DNA of 64,000 nt from Eledone cirrhosa (GCA_964016885.1 OZ024745.1:77252001-77316000); one strand, 5' to 3'; positions 12,797 to 24,634 are shown, numbered from the stretch's first letter. Notes: generated from the letters alone by a model not told the origin. Made by a program: numbers and translations.

Positions 12797-12960
12797 CAGG
12801 GTTTCCCAAACTTTTCAAACACAGAACCCTTTTTTGTTAAGAAACCTTTAGGGGAAGCCCAAAGTCTAATACTGTTATAGGGCTGTAATATAAATATACT
12901 CCTCTACTTTATTCACGAACCCCAGACACTCCTTTGTGGAACACACTTTGCTAACCCCTG
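12797..12960. mobile_element. hAT (Charlie-like) MITE
   Basis: Termini CAGGGTTTCCCAAAC...TTTGCTAACCCCTG; imperfect 8-bp TSD GTCTAGAG/GTCCAGTG. Confidence 0.7.
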
Positions 12961-13977
12961 GTCCAGTGTGATGAATTAGCAAAGTTGTTAGAGCATCAGA
13001 TAAGTTGTGTTACAGTATCTGCTCTGGCCATGTGCATTTTGAGTTCAAATCCTACCTCATATCATCAGAAAAATGGGGGCATGAGATTGCTGTTACCCCT
13101 AGCATTAAAATACCCAAGAACGAGCCTATAAGATGCAACCTCAGCTAATCCTCCTATACAGCAAATTCTAAAAAGAGTAATTGTTAATCAATATTAAATT
13201 TTTTCTTTGTTTATAATTCAATAATTATGAACTTACTTGATAAGAAAAAAAAACATGTCAATATTTTCTAATCATGTGTGTATGTCATGGTTGGGTGGGT
13301 AAATATGTATCTTTATACATTCTGATATTGATTTTGGTTTTATAAATAACATAACATGCTAAAACATGCAAAGGATATATATATAATCAAATTAATCAGT
13401 GAATTAACTGCCATATGTTACTAGTACTAATTTTATCAACTGTAGATGGTCAAAAGATACTTATCTGTCAGATAGAGAGTATTTAGTAGAACTAACTCCA
13501 ATATACTATTACTTTATTATTACTGTTTAATCAACACATACAATTGTATTCCAAGCTGTGAGCTTTGCTCATCATGAGTTTACTTCTACTAATGTTGGCC
13601 ACTAATTAAGTAAAAAGATCAATTGGTACTAAAGTAAATATTTGTAAACAAAATTGCTTAGTTGACTAAATTAACCAGTAATTGGTGAGTATTATTTTAT
13701 CAACCTCAGTTTAATGAAAAGTAAGGCTGACCACATTAGCAGAAAATATACAAGGAATCAGAACAAAGTACTTAAAGGACATTATATTGATATGTGTATG
13801 TTTTTACTATCCCTTTGCCTTAGCAACTCTACTGCCTTTACTCAATTAATAATATTATTCTACATATATAAATTCATTATATTTTAACCTTCTTCAACTA
13901 CATTTTGTCTTTTACTTCAGCCCCCCCCCCTCTCTCTCTCTCTATATATATATATATACATACATACATACGTTTCA

Positions 13978-14050
13978 CAGGCTGTCAATAATGTATACAC
14001 ATATTATTAGAATGCTGTTGAAGTGTATATACATTTTGGGGACACCCTGT
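13978..14050. mobile_element. Tiny Tc1/mariner-type MITE
   Basis: CAGGCTGTC...GACACCCTG|TA. A related copy lies at about 43890-43964 (shared attagaatgctgttgaagtgt core). Confidence 0.55.
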
Positions 14051-14656
14051 ATATATATATGTATATGTGGAAATAAGGTTGTCTACTGCTCAAACCTGAA
14101 TGTAAATCAGCTAAAATTATCACAATTAAATACAATAATAGCCTAATCAACTAAGAGATATTTATGCCAAAAGCCTGTCAATGGGGAACTTAGTCCACCT
14201 GGTATCAAGAAATGACATACATATATGTAAATAAGACTGTCAAATAAATAAACTTGAATATGTCTAGAACAAACCCGAAGCTATCTGTGAAATAAGAATG
14301 TCAGATACCCTAACTCATAAACAATAAACATAAGAAAGAAATATAAGAAAGGAAACTTGAAGTTTGTAATCATGCGTAACACACGTTTTACAAATGACCA
14401 GCTCAGAGCCTTAATCAATTACAATCAGGTTTGATTCTGGGATCGTTTTTTCACCAGACACAGTGGAAAACAGAACCAGTATATGTTCATCTTGATTCAG
14501 GCGCCACACAAGTCATTTGCAAAACACATTACACATGATTACGAATAAAATATATTAAACTGAAACTTTGATCTCTCATTCTTAATATAAACATCCTGCA
14601 TATTACACCAATAATAAACAGATGTCAGTGTTCATACATACTTTTAACACTGGATA

Positions 14657-15441
14657 TGAGTATAGCGAGGAATTTAGCGTACAGGTTGGGGTCCACCAGG
14701 GCTCTGTTCTTAGCCCTCTCCTGTTCATCATAGTCCTGCAGGCAATAACGGAGGAGTTTAAGACCGGATGCCCATGGGAACTCCTGTATGCTGATGACCT
14801 CGCACTCATAGCTGAATCTATGGTAGAACTAGAGAATAAATTCCAAACCTGGAAGCAGGGACTAGAGAGAAAGGGCCTCAAAGTCAACATGACAAAGACT
14901 AAGGTCCTTATAAGTAGACGAGAAAACAGAACCCAGATCCCCTCAGGGAAATGGCCTTGCTCAGTATGTAGAAAAGGTGTAGGTAGGAACTCCATTCTTT
15001 GCCCCAAATGCAAATAATGGGTACACAAGAGATGTAGCGGGATCTCAGGAAGCTTAATTAAGAATGTAGGATTCACATGCAGCAGCTGTGCTGAAACAGC
15101 AAGCAAACAGCCACAGGAAACAAGTACCACCAATCTCTGGGAGGGCCCTGTAGAAACAGTAGACAGCTTCTGCTACCTAGGTGACCGAATTAGCAACGGA
15201 GGTGGGTGCTCAGAAAGTACAATAACTAGGGTAAGAACGGGATGGAAGAAGTTTAGGGAACTACTACCACTGCTAGCTGCAAAAGGCTTCTCCCTCAGAA
15301 TGAAAGGCAGACTGTATGATGTGTGTATCCGAACAGCGATGTTGCATGGTAGTGAGACCTGGGCGCTGAAGGTGGAAGACTTACGTAGATTAGAGAGAAA
15401 CGAAGCCTGCATGCTCCGATGGATGTGTAACAGCAATATAC
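14657..15441 (+). mobile_element. 5'-truncated RTE LINE, left part (host of the nested insertion)
   Basis: EYSEEFSVQVGVHQGSVLSPLLF...LLYADD...WPCSVCRKGVGRNSILCPKCK then a stop; continues at 19905. Confidence 0.9.
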
Positions 15442-15545
15442 ATCATCATCATCATCATCAGGTTTAGCGTCCGTGTTCCACGCTTGCATGGGTTTGGACG
15501 GGGGTTTTCCCACTTGAGGCAAGAGTGGTTGTCTTGCTCGCATAG

Positions 15546-15775
15546 GACTGTCTGGCAGGTTTTCTACAGTTGGATGCCCTTCCTAACACCAACCACATTT
15601 ACAGTGTGGGGCTGGGAGGTTTTTACCGTGTTGCCTACACGGCCACATTACAGCGTGGACTGTCTGGCTGGTTTTCTACAGCTGGATGCCCTTCCTAACA
15701 CCAACCACATTTACAGTGTGGGGCTGGGAGGTTTTTACCGTGTTGCCTACACGGCCACATTTACAGCGTGGACTG
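15546..15775. repeat. ~112-bp tandem duplication in the RTE 3' UTR
   Basis: The unit gactgtctgg...acagcgtg starts at 15546 and again at 15658. Confidence 0.9.
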
Positions 15776-15944
15776 TGTGTTTTTTGTCGTGACACCTACA
15801 CGATCTCATTTGTTTCGGCCTGGATGTTGTGGGACCAACATAACTTTGCATTGAAAGGGGCGGTGTGGGTGGGGTGGAGGTGGTGGGACGGGGGTGTGTT
15901 TTGATAGAGGTGCCTACTGACTGTAGTAGGTTTTTACTTTGTAT

Positions 15945-18900
15945 TTAGGTAAGGCGGGTCTTCTCTATTACTGAGTACCGCCAAAGGTCTCGGTCCAGTG
16001 ACATTGTCTTGGAGAGGTGTAAGCGTGTGAGGTCGGAATTTATCAGCTCGTCCCATGTTTTTCTGGGTCTGCCTACTCCGTGGCTACCGTCTATCTTTAT
16101 TGCCCTGCACTTTGTTATACAGCTGTCGTCTTTCATGCGCATCACGTGACCGTACCAACGTAGCCTTCTCTCGAGTAAACAACATCTGATCCCTCTTATT
16201 TCTAATTTTTTCCTTAGTTCGTTTATGCTTTGCCGTTCACGTATATTTCTATTGCACATCCAGCGGAGCATGCAAGCTTCGTTCCTCTCTAGTCTGCGTA
16301 TATCCTCTGCACACAATGCCCAGGTCTCACTGCCATGCAGCATTGCTGTTCGTATGCAGGCATCGTATAACCTGCCTTTCATTTTTAGGGAGAACCCTCT
16401 AGCGGCTAATAGTGGTATAAGCTCTCTGAACTTTTTCCATCCAGTTCTGACTCTAGCTACTGTACTTTCAGAGCACCCTCCCCCACTGCTGATTTTGTCA
16501 CCCAGATAACGGAAGCTGTCCACTATTTCTATAGAACCCTCTGCGCAGTTGAAGGAGCTAGTATTTTGTGGGCACTTGCTGCTACTTATTGCACCAGAGC
16601 ACCGGCCACATGTAAAATCTATGTTCTTAGTTAGCTTACCTGTGATCCCACTACATCTTTTATGCACCCATACTTTGCATTTGGGACATAAAATGGAGTT
16701 TCTACCTACGCCTTTCCTACACACTGAGCATGGCCATTTCCCCGATGGGACCGCCGCCTTATTTTCTTTCCTACAAACTAGAACTTTAGTCTTAGCCAGG
16801 TTAATTTTAAGGCCTTTTGATTCTAGGCCGTGCTTCCACGTTTGGAATTTCTTCTCTAGTTCGGTCATTGATTCAGCTATGAGCGTTAGATCATCTGCGT
16901 ATAGGAGTTCCCATGGGCAGCCGGTCTTGAACTCCTCTGTTATAGCCTGAAGGGCAATAATAAATAGTAGGGGGCTAAGTACAGAGCCCTGATGGACACT
17001 AACTTTTACGCTAAACTCTTCACTATATTCGTTGTTAATTCTAACCTTACTGACTGTTTCTTTATACATGGCTTGTATAGCTCTCACAAGCCATTCGTCA
17101 ACACCTAGTTTTCTAAGAGACCACCAGATAATGGAACGGGGGACTCTGTCGAAGGCTTTCTCCAAGTCGACAAAAGCTAAGTATAGGGGTTTACTTTTAG
17201 CTAGGTACTTCTCCTGTAGTTGTCGTACAATGAAAAGAGCGTCTGTGGTACTTTTGCCTGACACAAACCCGAACTGCATTTCATCTAGATCAATTCTCTC
17301 TCTGATTAGTTGCGCTATTACTTTTTCCGTGACCTTCATGACCTGGTCGATTAATTTAATGCCTCTATAGTTACTCCTATCTAGGGCATCTCCTTTTCCC
17401 TTATAGCAGTTAACGATGATGCTGCTACGCCATTCCTTCGGAACAACCCCATTCTGTACGACTTGGTTAACTATCCGGGTGACCATGGTGTGTCCCACCG
17501 AACCAGATGCCTTCAGCATCTCAGCAACTATTTCCGAAGGCCCAGCCGCCTTACCCGTCTTCATATCTTTGATTGCCTTACTTATTATACTACCTTCAAC
17601 TAACACTGCTGGTCCCTCTATTGGATCGATCTGGGGGAGACTGTCTTTCTCCCATTTGTTCTCCTCATTTAGAAGCCTTTCGTAGTGACACTTCCAAGCT
17701 ACCTTCTTATCAGCGTCGGTGATGGCAAGTATGCCATCATCGTTAAGTACACACTTCTCCCCGACAATATCACGGTTTTCCTTGACACATTGCCTGGCAA
17801 TCCTGAACACCTCACGTTTTTGGTCCTCACGTTGTAGAACATGCTTGAACTTTCTTTCCTCTGCTTCCCTTCTTGCGAAGTACACTTGTCTCCTAGCTTC
17901 CCTCCTGGCCACTTGATAGTCTTCTCTACTTCCCCCATCCCGCCATACTTTCCAAGCCTGCTTTTTGGCCTTAATTGACTCCTCCACCTTACTGTTCCAC
18001 CACCATGTTACTCTCCTCCTACCTACAGGCCTGCTCCAGCCACAGACTTCGTCTGCCGCCGTCAGCAGGTTTGCTCTCAGGAATTCCCACTGTTCCTCTA
18101 TATTATACGACTCTAATTGCTCTTCCTTACTGTCGAAAGCGTCAAGTAATTTGCTTTGAAATTTATTTCTGGCTATGGGGTCCTTTAGCTTCCATATTTT
18201 TCTCCTGAGGATAGTCCTCTTTCGCTGTCTAGTACGTCTCGTCCTGACTATGAGGTCGCTAATTATCAGTCTATGTTGGGAGGTGAATTCTTCATGGGGG
18301 TGGGATTTAGTGTTAACAACAGACACTCTGTCACGTCTCCTGGTAAGGATATAATCTACCTGGCTTGTGTGTTCCCCCGATCTATAGGTGATCAAGTGAT
18401 TGTCTCGTTTTTTGAAGTTAGTGTTACAGATAGTTAAGTTATTTGCGTCGCAGAATTCCAGGATTCTGGAGCCTTCCTCATTTCTAGTACCGAACCCATA
18501 GCCTCCATGGATTCCGTCATAGCCGTCACAATGTTGTCCAACGTGACCATTTAGGTCGCCTGCAATAACTATATAGTCACTGTCGGTTATTTGGGAGGTA
18601 GCGAGCATCAGTGTCTCGTAGAATCTGTCTTTTATAGCGCGGGGCTGTCCGGATTGGGGTGCGTACGCAGATATTACTGTCACCGTAGTTTTATTGAGGA
18701 CAAGTCTTATTTTAATTATTCTGTCGTTCACTCTATTTACGTCTATTATCTTATCTGCCCACTTTTCTGCTACCATGATTCCTACCCCACCCAACCCATT
18801 GTCATTTCCCACCCAGAAAAGCTTATAGCATCGCTCTTTACCCACGATGAATCTAGCCGACCCTCCCCTCCACCTGGTCTCTTGAATACAACAAACATCG

Positions 18901-19178
18901 ACCTCCTTACGTTCAAGCATTTCTACAACCTCGTTAGAGCGACCCTTTAAGGTGCCTACATTCATGGTACCAACTCTGAAGTTTTGGATTGCGTTTGGAG
19001 GGTGGGAGCGGTGGGGCGCGGGGGGGGATGGGGTTATGTAAGCCATCCTGGGCCGAAACAAGGAGGAGTGCTTGCATTCTCGTCCACGAGGTGAATTTGG
19101 CTTTATCTTTGGCATTGTCGCTGAGCGTCCACATTTTTCTCTCTTCAACTCTCCAGGATTCCGTAGTCCATCCATCAT
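15945..19178 (-). CDS. RTE polyprotein: AP endonuclease + reverse transcriptase with inserted PHD-like Zn finger
   Basis: Uninterrupted frame (open to 19529; first ATG outside the 5' repeat is at 19178, true start uncertain). APE motifs GTMNVGTL, CIQETRW, AYAPQ, GDLNGHVG, SQVDY, SQHRL. RT motifs DLEKAFD, QGSVLSPLLF, YADD, FRYLG. Confidence 0.93.
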   Translation of the reverse strand: MMDGLRNPGELKREKCGRSATMPKIKPNSPRGRECKHSSLFRPRMAYITPSPPAPHRSHPPNAIQNFRVGTMNVGTLKGRSNEVVEMLERKEVDVCCIQETRWRGGSARFIVGKERCYKLFWVGNDNGLGGVGIMVAEKWADKIIDVNRVNDRIIKIRLVLNKTTVTVISAYAPQSGQPRAIKDRFYETLMLATSQITDSDYIVIAGDLNGHVGQHCDGYDGIHGGYGFGTRNEEGSRILEFCDANNLTICNTNFKKRDNHLITYRSGEHTSQVDYILTRRRDRVSVVNTKSHPHEEFTSQHRLIISDLIVRTRRTRQRKRTILRRKIWKLKDPIARNKFQSKLLDAFDSKEEQLESYNIEEQWEFLRANLLTAADEVCGWSRPVGRRRVTWWWNSKVEESIKAKKQAWKVWRDGGSREDYQVARREARRQVYFARREAEERKFKHVLQREDQKREVFRIARQCVKENRDIVGEKCVLNDDGILAITDADKKVAWKCHYERLLNEENKWEKDSLPQIDPIEGPAVLVEGSIISKAIKDMKTGKAAGPSEIVAEMLKASGSVGHTMVTRIVNQVVQNGVVPKEWRSSIIVNCYKGKGDALDRSNYRGIKLIDQVMKVTEKVIAQLIRERIDLDEMQFGFVSGKSTTDALFIVRQLQEKYLAKSKPLYLAFVDLEKAFDRVPRSIIWWSLRKLGVDEWLVRAIQAMYKETVSKVRINNEYSEEFSVKVSVHQGSVLSPLLFIIALQAITEEFKTGCPWELLYADDLTLIAESMTELEKKFQTWKHGLESKGLKINLAKTKVLVCRKENKAAVPSGKWPCSVCRKGVGRNSILCPKCKVWVHKRCSGITGKLTKNIDFTCGRCSGAISSSKCPQNTSSFNCAEGSIEIVDSFRYLGDKISSGGGCSESTVARVRTGWKKFRELIPLLAARGFSLKMKGRLYDACIRTAMLHGSETWALCAEDIRRLERNEACMLRWMCNRNIRERQSINELRKKLEIRGIRCCLLERRLRWYGHVMRMKDDSCITKCRAIKIDGSHGVGRPRKTWDELINSDLTRLHLSKTMSLDRDLWRYSVIEKTRLT

Positions 19179-19320
19179 ATCGAAAAGCAACCAGTTAAGC
19201 GATAGTATGGGCCTCCGACTTATGATTGGTCCACGTAATAATGGTGGTGCGTGGGGCAGGAGGGAGGGCTGATGGGTTGTTAGCGAGAATGTAAGGTTTA
19301 AGATAAGATCGCCGTATTTT

Positions 19321-19904
19321 GGGCATGATTTAACAATAAACGAAAATACAAGATTTGTTTTGTTTAAGAAATTACGATAGAGAAAATGCGGTGATAGGGA
19401 AAATATGATTTTTAGAGAAAAGATATGATATATAATGGTGAAAATATGATATAGTGTGAAATTAGGACATAGAAGTGATTGAATGAATGGGTTCGGATGG
19501 AGAGAAGAATCGATAAAAAAATTGGGCATAATTTAACAATAAACGAAAATACAAGATTTGTTTTGTTTAAGAAATTACGATAGAGAAAATGCGGTGATAG
19601 GGGAAGTATGATTTTTAGAGAAAAGATATGATATATAATGGTGAAAATATGATATAGTGTGAAATTAGGACATAGAAGTGATTGAATGAATGGGTTCGGA
19701 TGGAGAGAAGAATCGAGAAAGAAATTGGGCATAATTTAACAATAAACGAAAATACAAGATTTGTTTTGTTTAAGAAATTACGATAGAGAAAATGCGGTGA
19801 TAGGGGAAGTATGATTTTTAGAGAAAAGATATGATATATAATGGTGAAAATATGATATAGTGTGAAATTAGGACATAGAAGTGATTGAATGAATGGGTTC
19901 GGAT
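19321..19904. repeat. 203-bp tandem monomers (~2.9 copies) at the RTE 5' end
   Basis: gggcat starts at 19321, 19524 and 19727; units nearly identical. Confidence 0.95.
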
Positions 19905-20484
19905 AGCATAAATGAATTGAGAGAGAGACTGAGCATAAGAGGAATCAAATGCTGCGTGCAGGAGAGGCGGTTACGCTGGTATGGACATGTGATGCGTATG
20001 AAGGATGACAGCTGCATAAAAAGGTGCAGAGCACTAGAAGTTGATGGAAACCGCGGAGTGGGGAGACCCAAGATGACTTGGGATGAGGTGATAAAAGCCG
20101 ACTTTACCCAACTACACCTCTCAAAGTCAATGACACACGACCGTGACCTCTGGCGTCACGCAGTAATACAGGGTACCCGACCTCCCATGGGTACATGCTG
20201 AAGCATATAAACAATATGCCCCCCCCCCCCCCACCGCAAGGTGGTCGTGGAGGTGCCACGGCAAAAAAGCACCCAGCCCACACTGTAAAGTGGACGTGTA
20301 GGCGCCACGAAAAAGCACCCAGCACTCACTGTAAATGAGGTTGGTGTTAGGAAGGGCATCCAGCTGTAGAAATCAAGCCAGATCAGTTCCTGTATGAGCA
20401 AGGCATGGTCAGCCGACCAGACACTGCCCACAACAGGACAACCCGTCTAACCCATGCTAGCGTGGAAGAACGGACGTAAAACGG

Positions 20485-20515
<31 letters not shown>
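19905..20515 (+). mobile_element. Host RTE LINE, right part (ORF end, 3' UTR, (GAT)n)
   Basis: SINELRERLSIRGIKCCVQERRLRWYGHVMR...; collinear with 53131-53727. Confidence 0.9.
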
Positions 20516-20517
<2 letters not shown>

Positions 20518-20844
20518 AATTCACATGATATAGTGCTAAAAAACGTGCCACCTAATATATTATTACTCTCCCTGGTTACATGTATATGTCAGCGTGGAAA
20601 ACAAACATAAAGCAGTCATAGTAATGTGAGTGTGTGTGTGTTTGTTTGTTTGTGTGTGTGTGTGTTTGTGAATGTTGTTGTTGACCTTTGTCACTTTCAA
20701 TGAGAAGGGCTCCAGTTGTTTGACCAATGAAACAGCCTGCTTGGGAAATTAATGTGCAAGTGGCTGAGCATTGCATAGACACATGCATCGTTAAGGTAAG
20801 TTCTCGGGGAGATGCAGCATAATAATGTAACATTATTTGAATGA

Positions 20845-21032
20845 CCAGTGGATTGGCAGTATTGGTAGAGGGTCGGATGCCATGCTTTGACGTATAGAGT
20901 TACGGCCCTTGCCATTCTGAGTTCAAATCCCGCCAAGGTTAACTTTGCCTTTCATCCTTACGGGGTCTATAAAATAAAGTACCAGTAATGCACTGGGTAA
21001 TTGCTGGCCTTGTGCCTAACATAGAAACAATT
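20845..21032 (+). mobile_element. tRNA-derived SINE (family 1)
   Basis: A-box-like TGGCAGTATTGGTAGAG, B-box GAGTTCAAATCC, core cctttcatccttacggggtc...aaaataaagtaccag. Confidence 0.8.
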
Positions 21033-21249
21033 ATTTGAATGACCAGTAAAACCGGCCAATCACAGCACATTCTACTTGTTTCTCTTTGATGCCAAATACC
21101 AGTTCATGAAAGACACTGTTGAAAATATCAGTAGAACATGAAAGTTCCATTGCTAGAATCAGGTGAAAATTAATGAGGCCTACAGTGACCATCTGTCTAA
21201 TCATGCAGAAAAATCTGCCTGTTATTATAACAGGTAGACACATGCAAAA

Positions 21250-21390
21250 ATCAGGTTGACAGAAGGGCAGGCTGTTATGATTTATAACAAACAAGACAAT
21301 AAGGGTGAACAATGGTCACCTGCAAAATTAATTGCTATAAAGGATAGTTCATATTTAGTTCAGACAGAGAAAAGGACAACCCAAGTATTA
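21250..21390 (+). mobile_element. Possible LTR-retrotransposon integrase C-terminal remnant
   Basis: GQAVMIY...WSPAKLIAIKDSSYLVQT resembles the post-integrase W.P..V.....SY.V motif; weak. Confidence 0.3.
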
Positions 21391-21684
21391 TTCACCCTCA
21401 AGATAAGATTTTCCATGAGTGATTCAAGTGAGAGACATACCAGCCATTGTGAGAATGCTGACAAGCATGATAAAGTTCTGCCAAAACCGTTGTTTAAAAA
21501 GTACCAAAACCTTTATTTAAAAAGTACCAAAATATACCAAATTCAATTACCCCTTTCTATATATCTTCCACATTCTAAAATTCCACCATTCACCAGGTAA
21601 GTGCCCCACACTAGATCTACCTCTCCAATTCCAACTCTACATACATGCAACTCCCCCTATCCATACATTAAAGTGGTCATGCTG

Positions 21685-21933
21685 GTGTCAAAACAAAAAG
21701 CACCCAGCCCACACTGTAAAGTGGTCATTTTGGTGCTATGACAAAAAGCACTCAGTCCATGCTGTAAATGTGGCTGCCATTAGGAAGAGCATCCAGTTGT
21801 AGAAACCAAGCCAGAAACAGTTCCATATGAGCAAGATTGGTCATCTGATCTGACTTGTCTCACAATGGGACAACTCGTCTAACCCATGCTGGCATAGAAA
21901 AATGGACATTAACAATGATGGTGATGATGATGA
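21685..21933 (+). mobile_element. RTE/SINE 3' tail copy
   Basis: aaaagcacccagcccacactgtaaagtgg...ctaacccatgctggc...(GAT)n. Confidence 0.75.
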
Positions 21934-22099
21934 AACCCGACAATTGTTAAAAAGGGAAATGTTTTACATTTACTTTATATATTCTAATTAAAAAGAAATG
22001 TCTTCCTCCACAATTTTCTTACTATACCAGTTTCTTGCAGTTTAAGACAAAGTTGCTGTTGTGGATGCCACTTTGTGCAGTTAACATTTTGTAGCAGAT

Positions 22100-22910
22100 C
22101 CTTTGGTCTTAGCAGAACATTAACTATGGTGTTTTTAAAGCATTTCAAATTTTTATTTTTATGTTGTTGAGAAGGGAAAAAACTCTTTCTGCAGCTGCTG
22201 AAGAATGTGGCAATGAAAGGAGTTACATCATGAACTCAGATAGTAATGAGTAGGGATATATGTCAACACATTTTTTTTTTTTTTTTTGAGAAACAAGAAA
22301 CCAGTATTTTTCCGACTTATTTTGTACATTAAGAGATGCATCTTACAGAGGCAATTCCTTCATTCTCTATTTATTTGTTGATATTGGTCTTAATGCATAA
22401 GGCTGGAAAATTTCGTTTCCAACACTATGATCGGTTTGGGTTCACCTTCAATAACATTGATCAGGTCTAAAGCTACTTGAATAAGTTGCTTGTTGGTAGA
22501 AAGATCCATTGTTTCATCTACAATAAGGGAGAACTTTGCTGAATTTAGCTTAGACAATAAATCCTTACATTTGAAAACATGCAAGTTCCTTTAGTTCTTG
22601 CGTACTTGATGTCTTTGGCGATGTTGTAATCAGAGCATACTTTGGCAATAAGTCCAGGAAAATGATCCAAAATAGCAATGAGTAGGTTGTACTCAACAAT
22701 AAATCTGCAGTTTCAGTTCAGCTGATGCTATTTTCATTAAGTGAGCAGAACATTGAGCAGGCTTTATGAAATCTGTCACCTTCACTGTTTGTTTTGCTAC
22801 TTTTGCATTCTTTTGGTGTTTTTCTGACTCTTCATGCCTTACTATTTGACAAGCTACCAGCTATTTCACAATTGCGCAATTTACAGTAGCCTTTACTTGC
22901 ATTCATTTTA
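22100..22910 (-). pseudogene. hAT transposase fossil (internally deleted)
   Basis: FSLIVDETMDLSTNKQL (catalytic D region) and LSLPHSSAAAERVFS (hAT dimerisation motif, about 22180-22225). Confidence 0.7.
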
Positions 22911-23159
22911 CTTAATTCCAACCACAATGAAAAATTTCTCATAGTTTAATAAATTTGATGGAAATTTTCTTTCATTGAAAGTGGATTTCAGGTCTTTCTT
23001 CTTCTGAGTGTCATTTTCATCGCTATCAGAATGATATTGTATATTCACTTTTTTTCCACTCATGGAAATGTCTGAAATGTTTCTCAAATGGAAATGTTCG
23101 AAATGTTTCTCAAATTCCAACTCTATTATATCTACAGACATAATAGGGTTGGGATTTAC

Positions 23160-23600
23160 ATACATTGTTATGTCAACGCTATGAAATACCAACAGAAAAA
23201 CATGGTACAGATATACACCAGTAAAGGTATCAGAGAATGACAAAGCAAACATACTCTGGGATATGCCAATATATACAGACAGGGAGATCAAAATCAACCA
23301 ACCACAAAGAAAAAGAAATGTCTTCTAATTGATGTATCAATCCCCACAGACAACAATATATCTACCGAGGAAATGGAGAAATTATCCAAATATAAAGATC
23401 TAGAGATAGAAAAATCTTGAATATGGTGATGAAAATAGAAATGATATCTATAATAATAGGTGCTCTGGAAATGATAAAAAACATGCATACAGATACATAA
23501 CCAAAACCCAAGGACTTACAAATATATACAGCATTAAAAAAATAGCATTACTAGGCACTGCCCGCATATGTCAAAGAGTATTCTCAATACAATAGAAGTA
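23160..23600 (+). mobile_element. R4/Dong-like RLE non-LTR retrotransposon 3' fragment
   Basis: Across frames ILWDMPIYTDREIK...KKCLLIDVSIPTDNNISTEEMEKLSKYKDLEIE, the restriction-like endonuclease region. Confidence 0.7.
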
Positions 23601-23739
23601 ATACCACCAAAAACCACACTGCACATACCCAAGGTGTACAGAGCTGTGCTCAGTAGTGCAGTGACAGCATGCAATAAAAATAGGACTTGTATTAATGATA
23701 AATTCTGCACTTGGATGAGGATGTTCCTGACCTTGTTTT

Positions 23740-24495
23740 TCCATATCCATATAATATTCATGATCTTTATGCAGCTGCCATCTTCCATGTGCATCATTTG
23801 ACCATACCAACCAATCCCCTTATTCCAAGTCTTTTTCTCAGTTTGCTTATGCTATGTCACTAATGCACAATAACATTGCACATCCATTGGAGCATACTTG
23901 ACTTTCTAGCCTCCACAGGTCTTCTGCAGTCAAAGCCCATGTTTCATTGCTGTGTAACATTGTGGTTCATACACAGACATCATACAATCCAACCTTTATT
24001 CTGAAAGAAAAGCATTGGGTTGTTAGCAGTGGTAATAGATCTCTAAACTTCTTCCAGCCTGTTCTTACCCTAGCTAACACTCTTTCAGTGCATTCTCCAC
24101 TACTTCTAATTTGATAAACTAGGTAGCAAAAGCTATCCACAACTTCTAGAGAGCTCCCCTCGCAGCTGAGGGAATCTATTTCATGTGTGTTCTTTGTGCT
24201 TACTTTCCCTGAGCATCTGCCATATATAAAGTCTATCTTTTCCGTTAATCTACCAGCAATCCCACTACATCTTTTGTGTACCCATACTTTACATTGTGTG
24301 CACCTTATAGAATTTCTATTCATTCCTTTCTGGCATATTGAGCACGGCCACTTTTCTGTCTTCTTTCCTACTTATTAAAACTTTCATCTTTGCTATATTT
24401 ACTTTTAGACTTTTCAGCTCTAAGTTCTTCTTCCATGCTTGAAATTTTGCTTCTAACTCTCCTACAGACTCAGCTATCAGTACTAGGTCGTCAAG
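23740..24495 (-). mobile_element. Degenerate RTE RT fragment
   Basis: DDLVLIAESVGELE...NRNSIRCTQCKVWVHKRCSG...RVRTGWKKF with frameshifts. Confidence 0.85.
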
Positions 24496-24558
24496 CATTA
24501 AACTAATATATTTCTTCCCTGTACTGTACCATTTGTTTTGTTATTTCAGTTTACCTTT

Positions 24559-24634
<76 letters not shown>

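Larger units (their letters stand above)
15442..19904 (-). mobile_element. Near-full-length RTE LINE with intact ORF, 203-bp 5' monomers and (GAT)n tail
   Basis: (CAT)n at 15442-15460, 3' UTR 15461-15944, long ORF, tandem 5' repeats 19321-19904. Confidence 0.95.

Noticed and set aside
16225-19272. Plus-strand ORFs opposite the RTE ORF
   Set aside because: Antisense shadows of the LINE coding frame.
19179-19529. N-terminal 117 aa of the 1194-aa ORF
   Set aside because: Starts inside the 203-bp tandem monomer and is likely 5' UTR; cannot be fully excluded.
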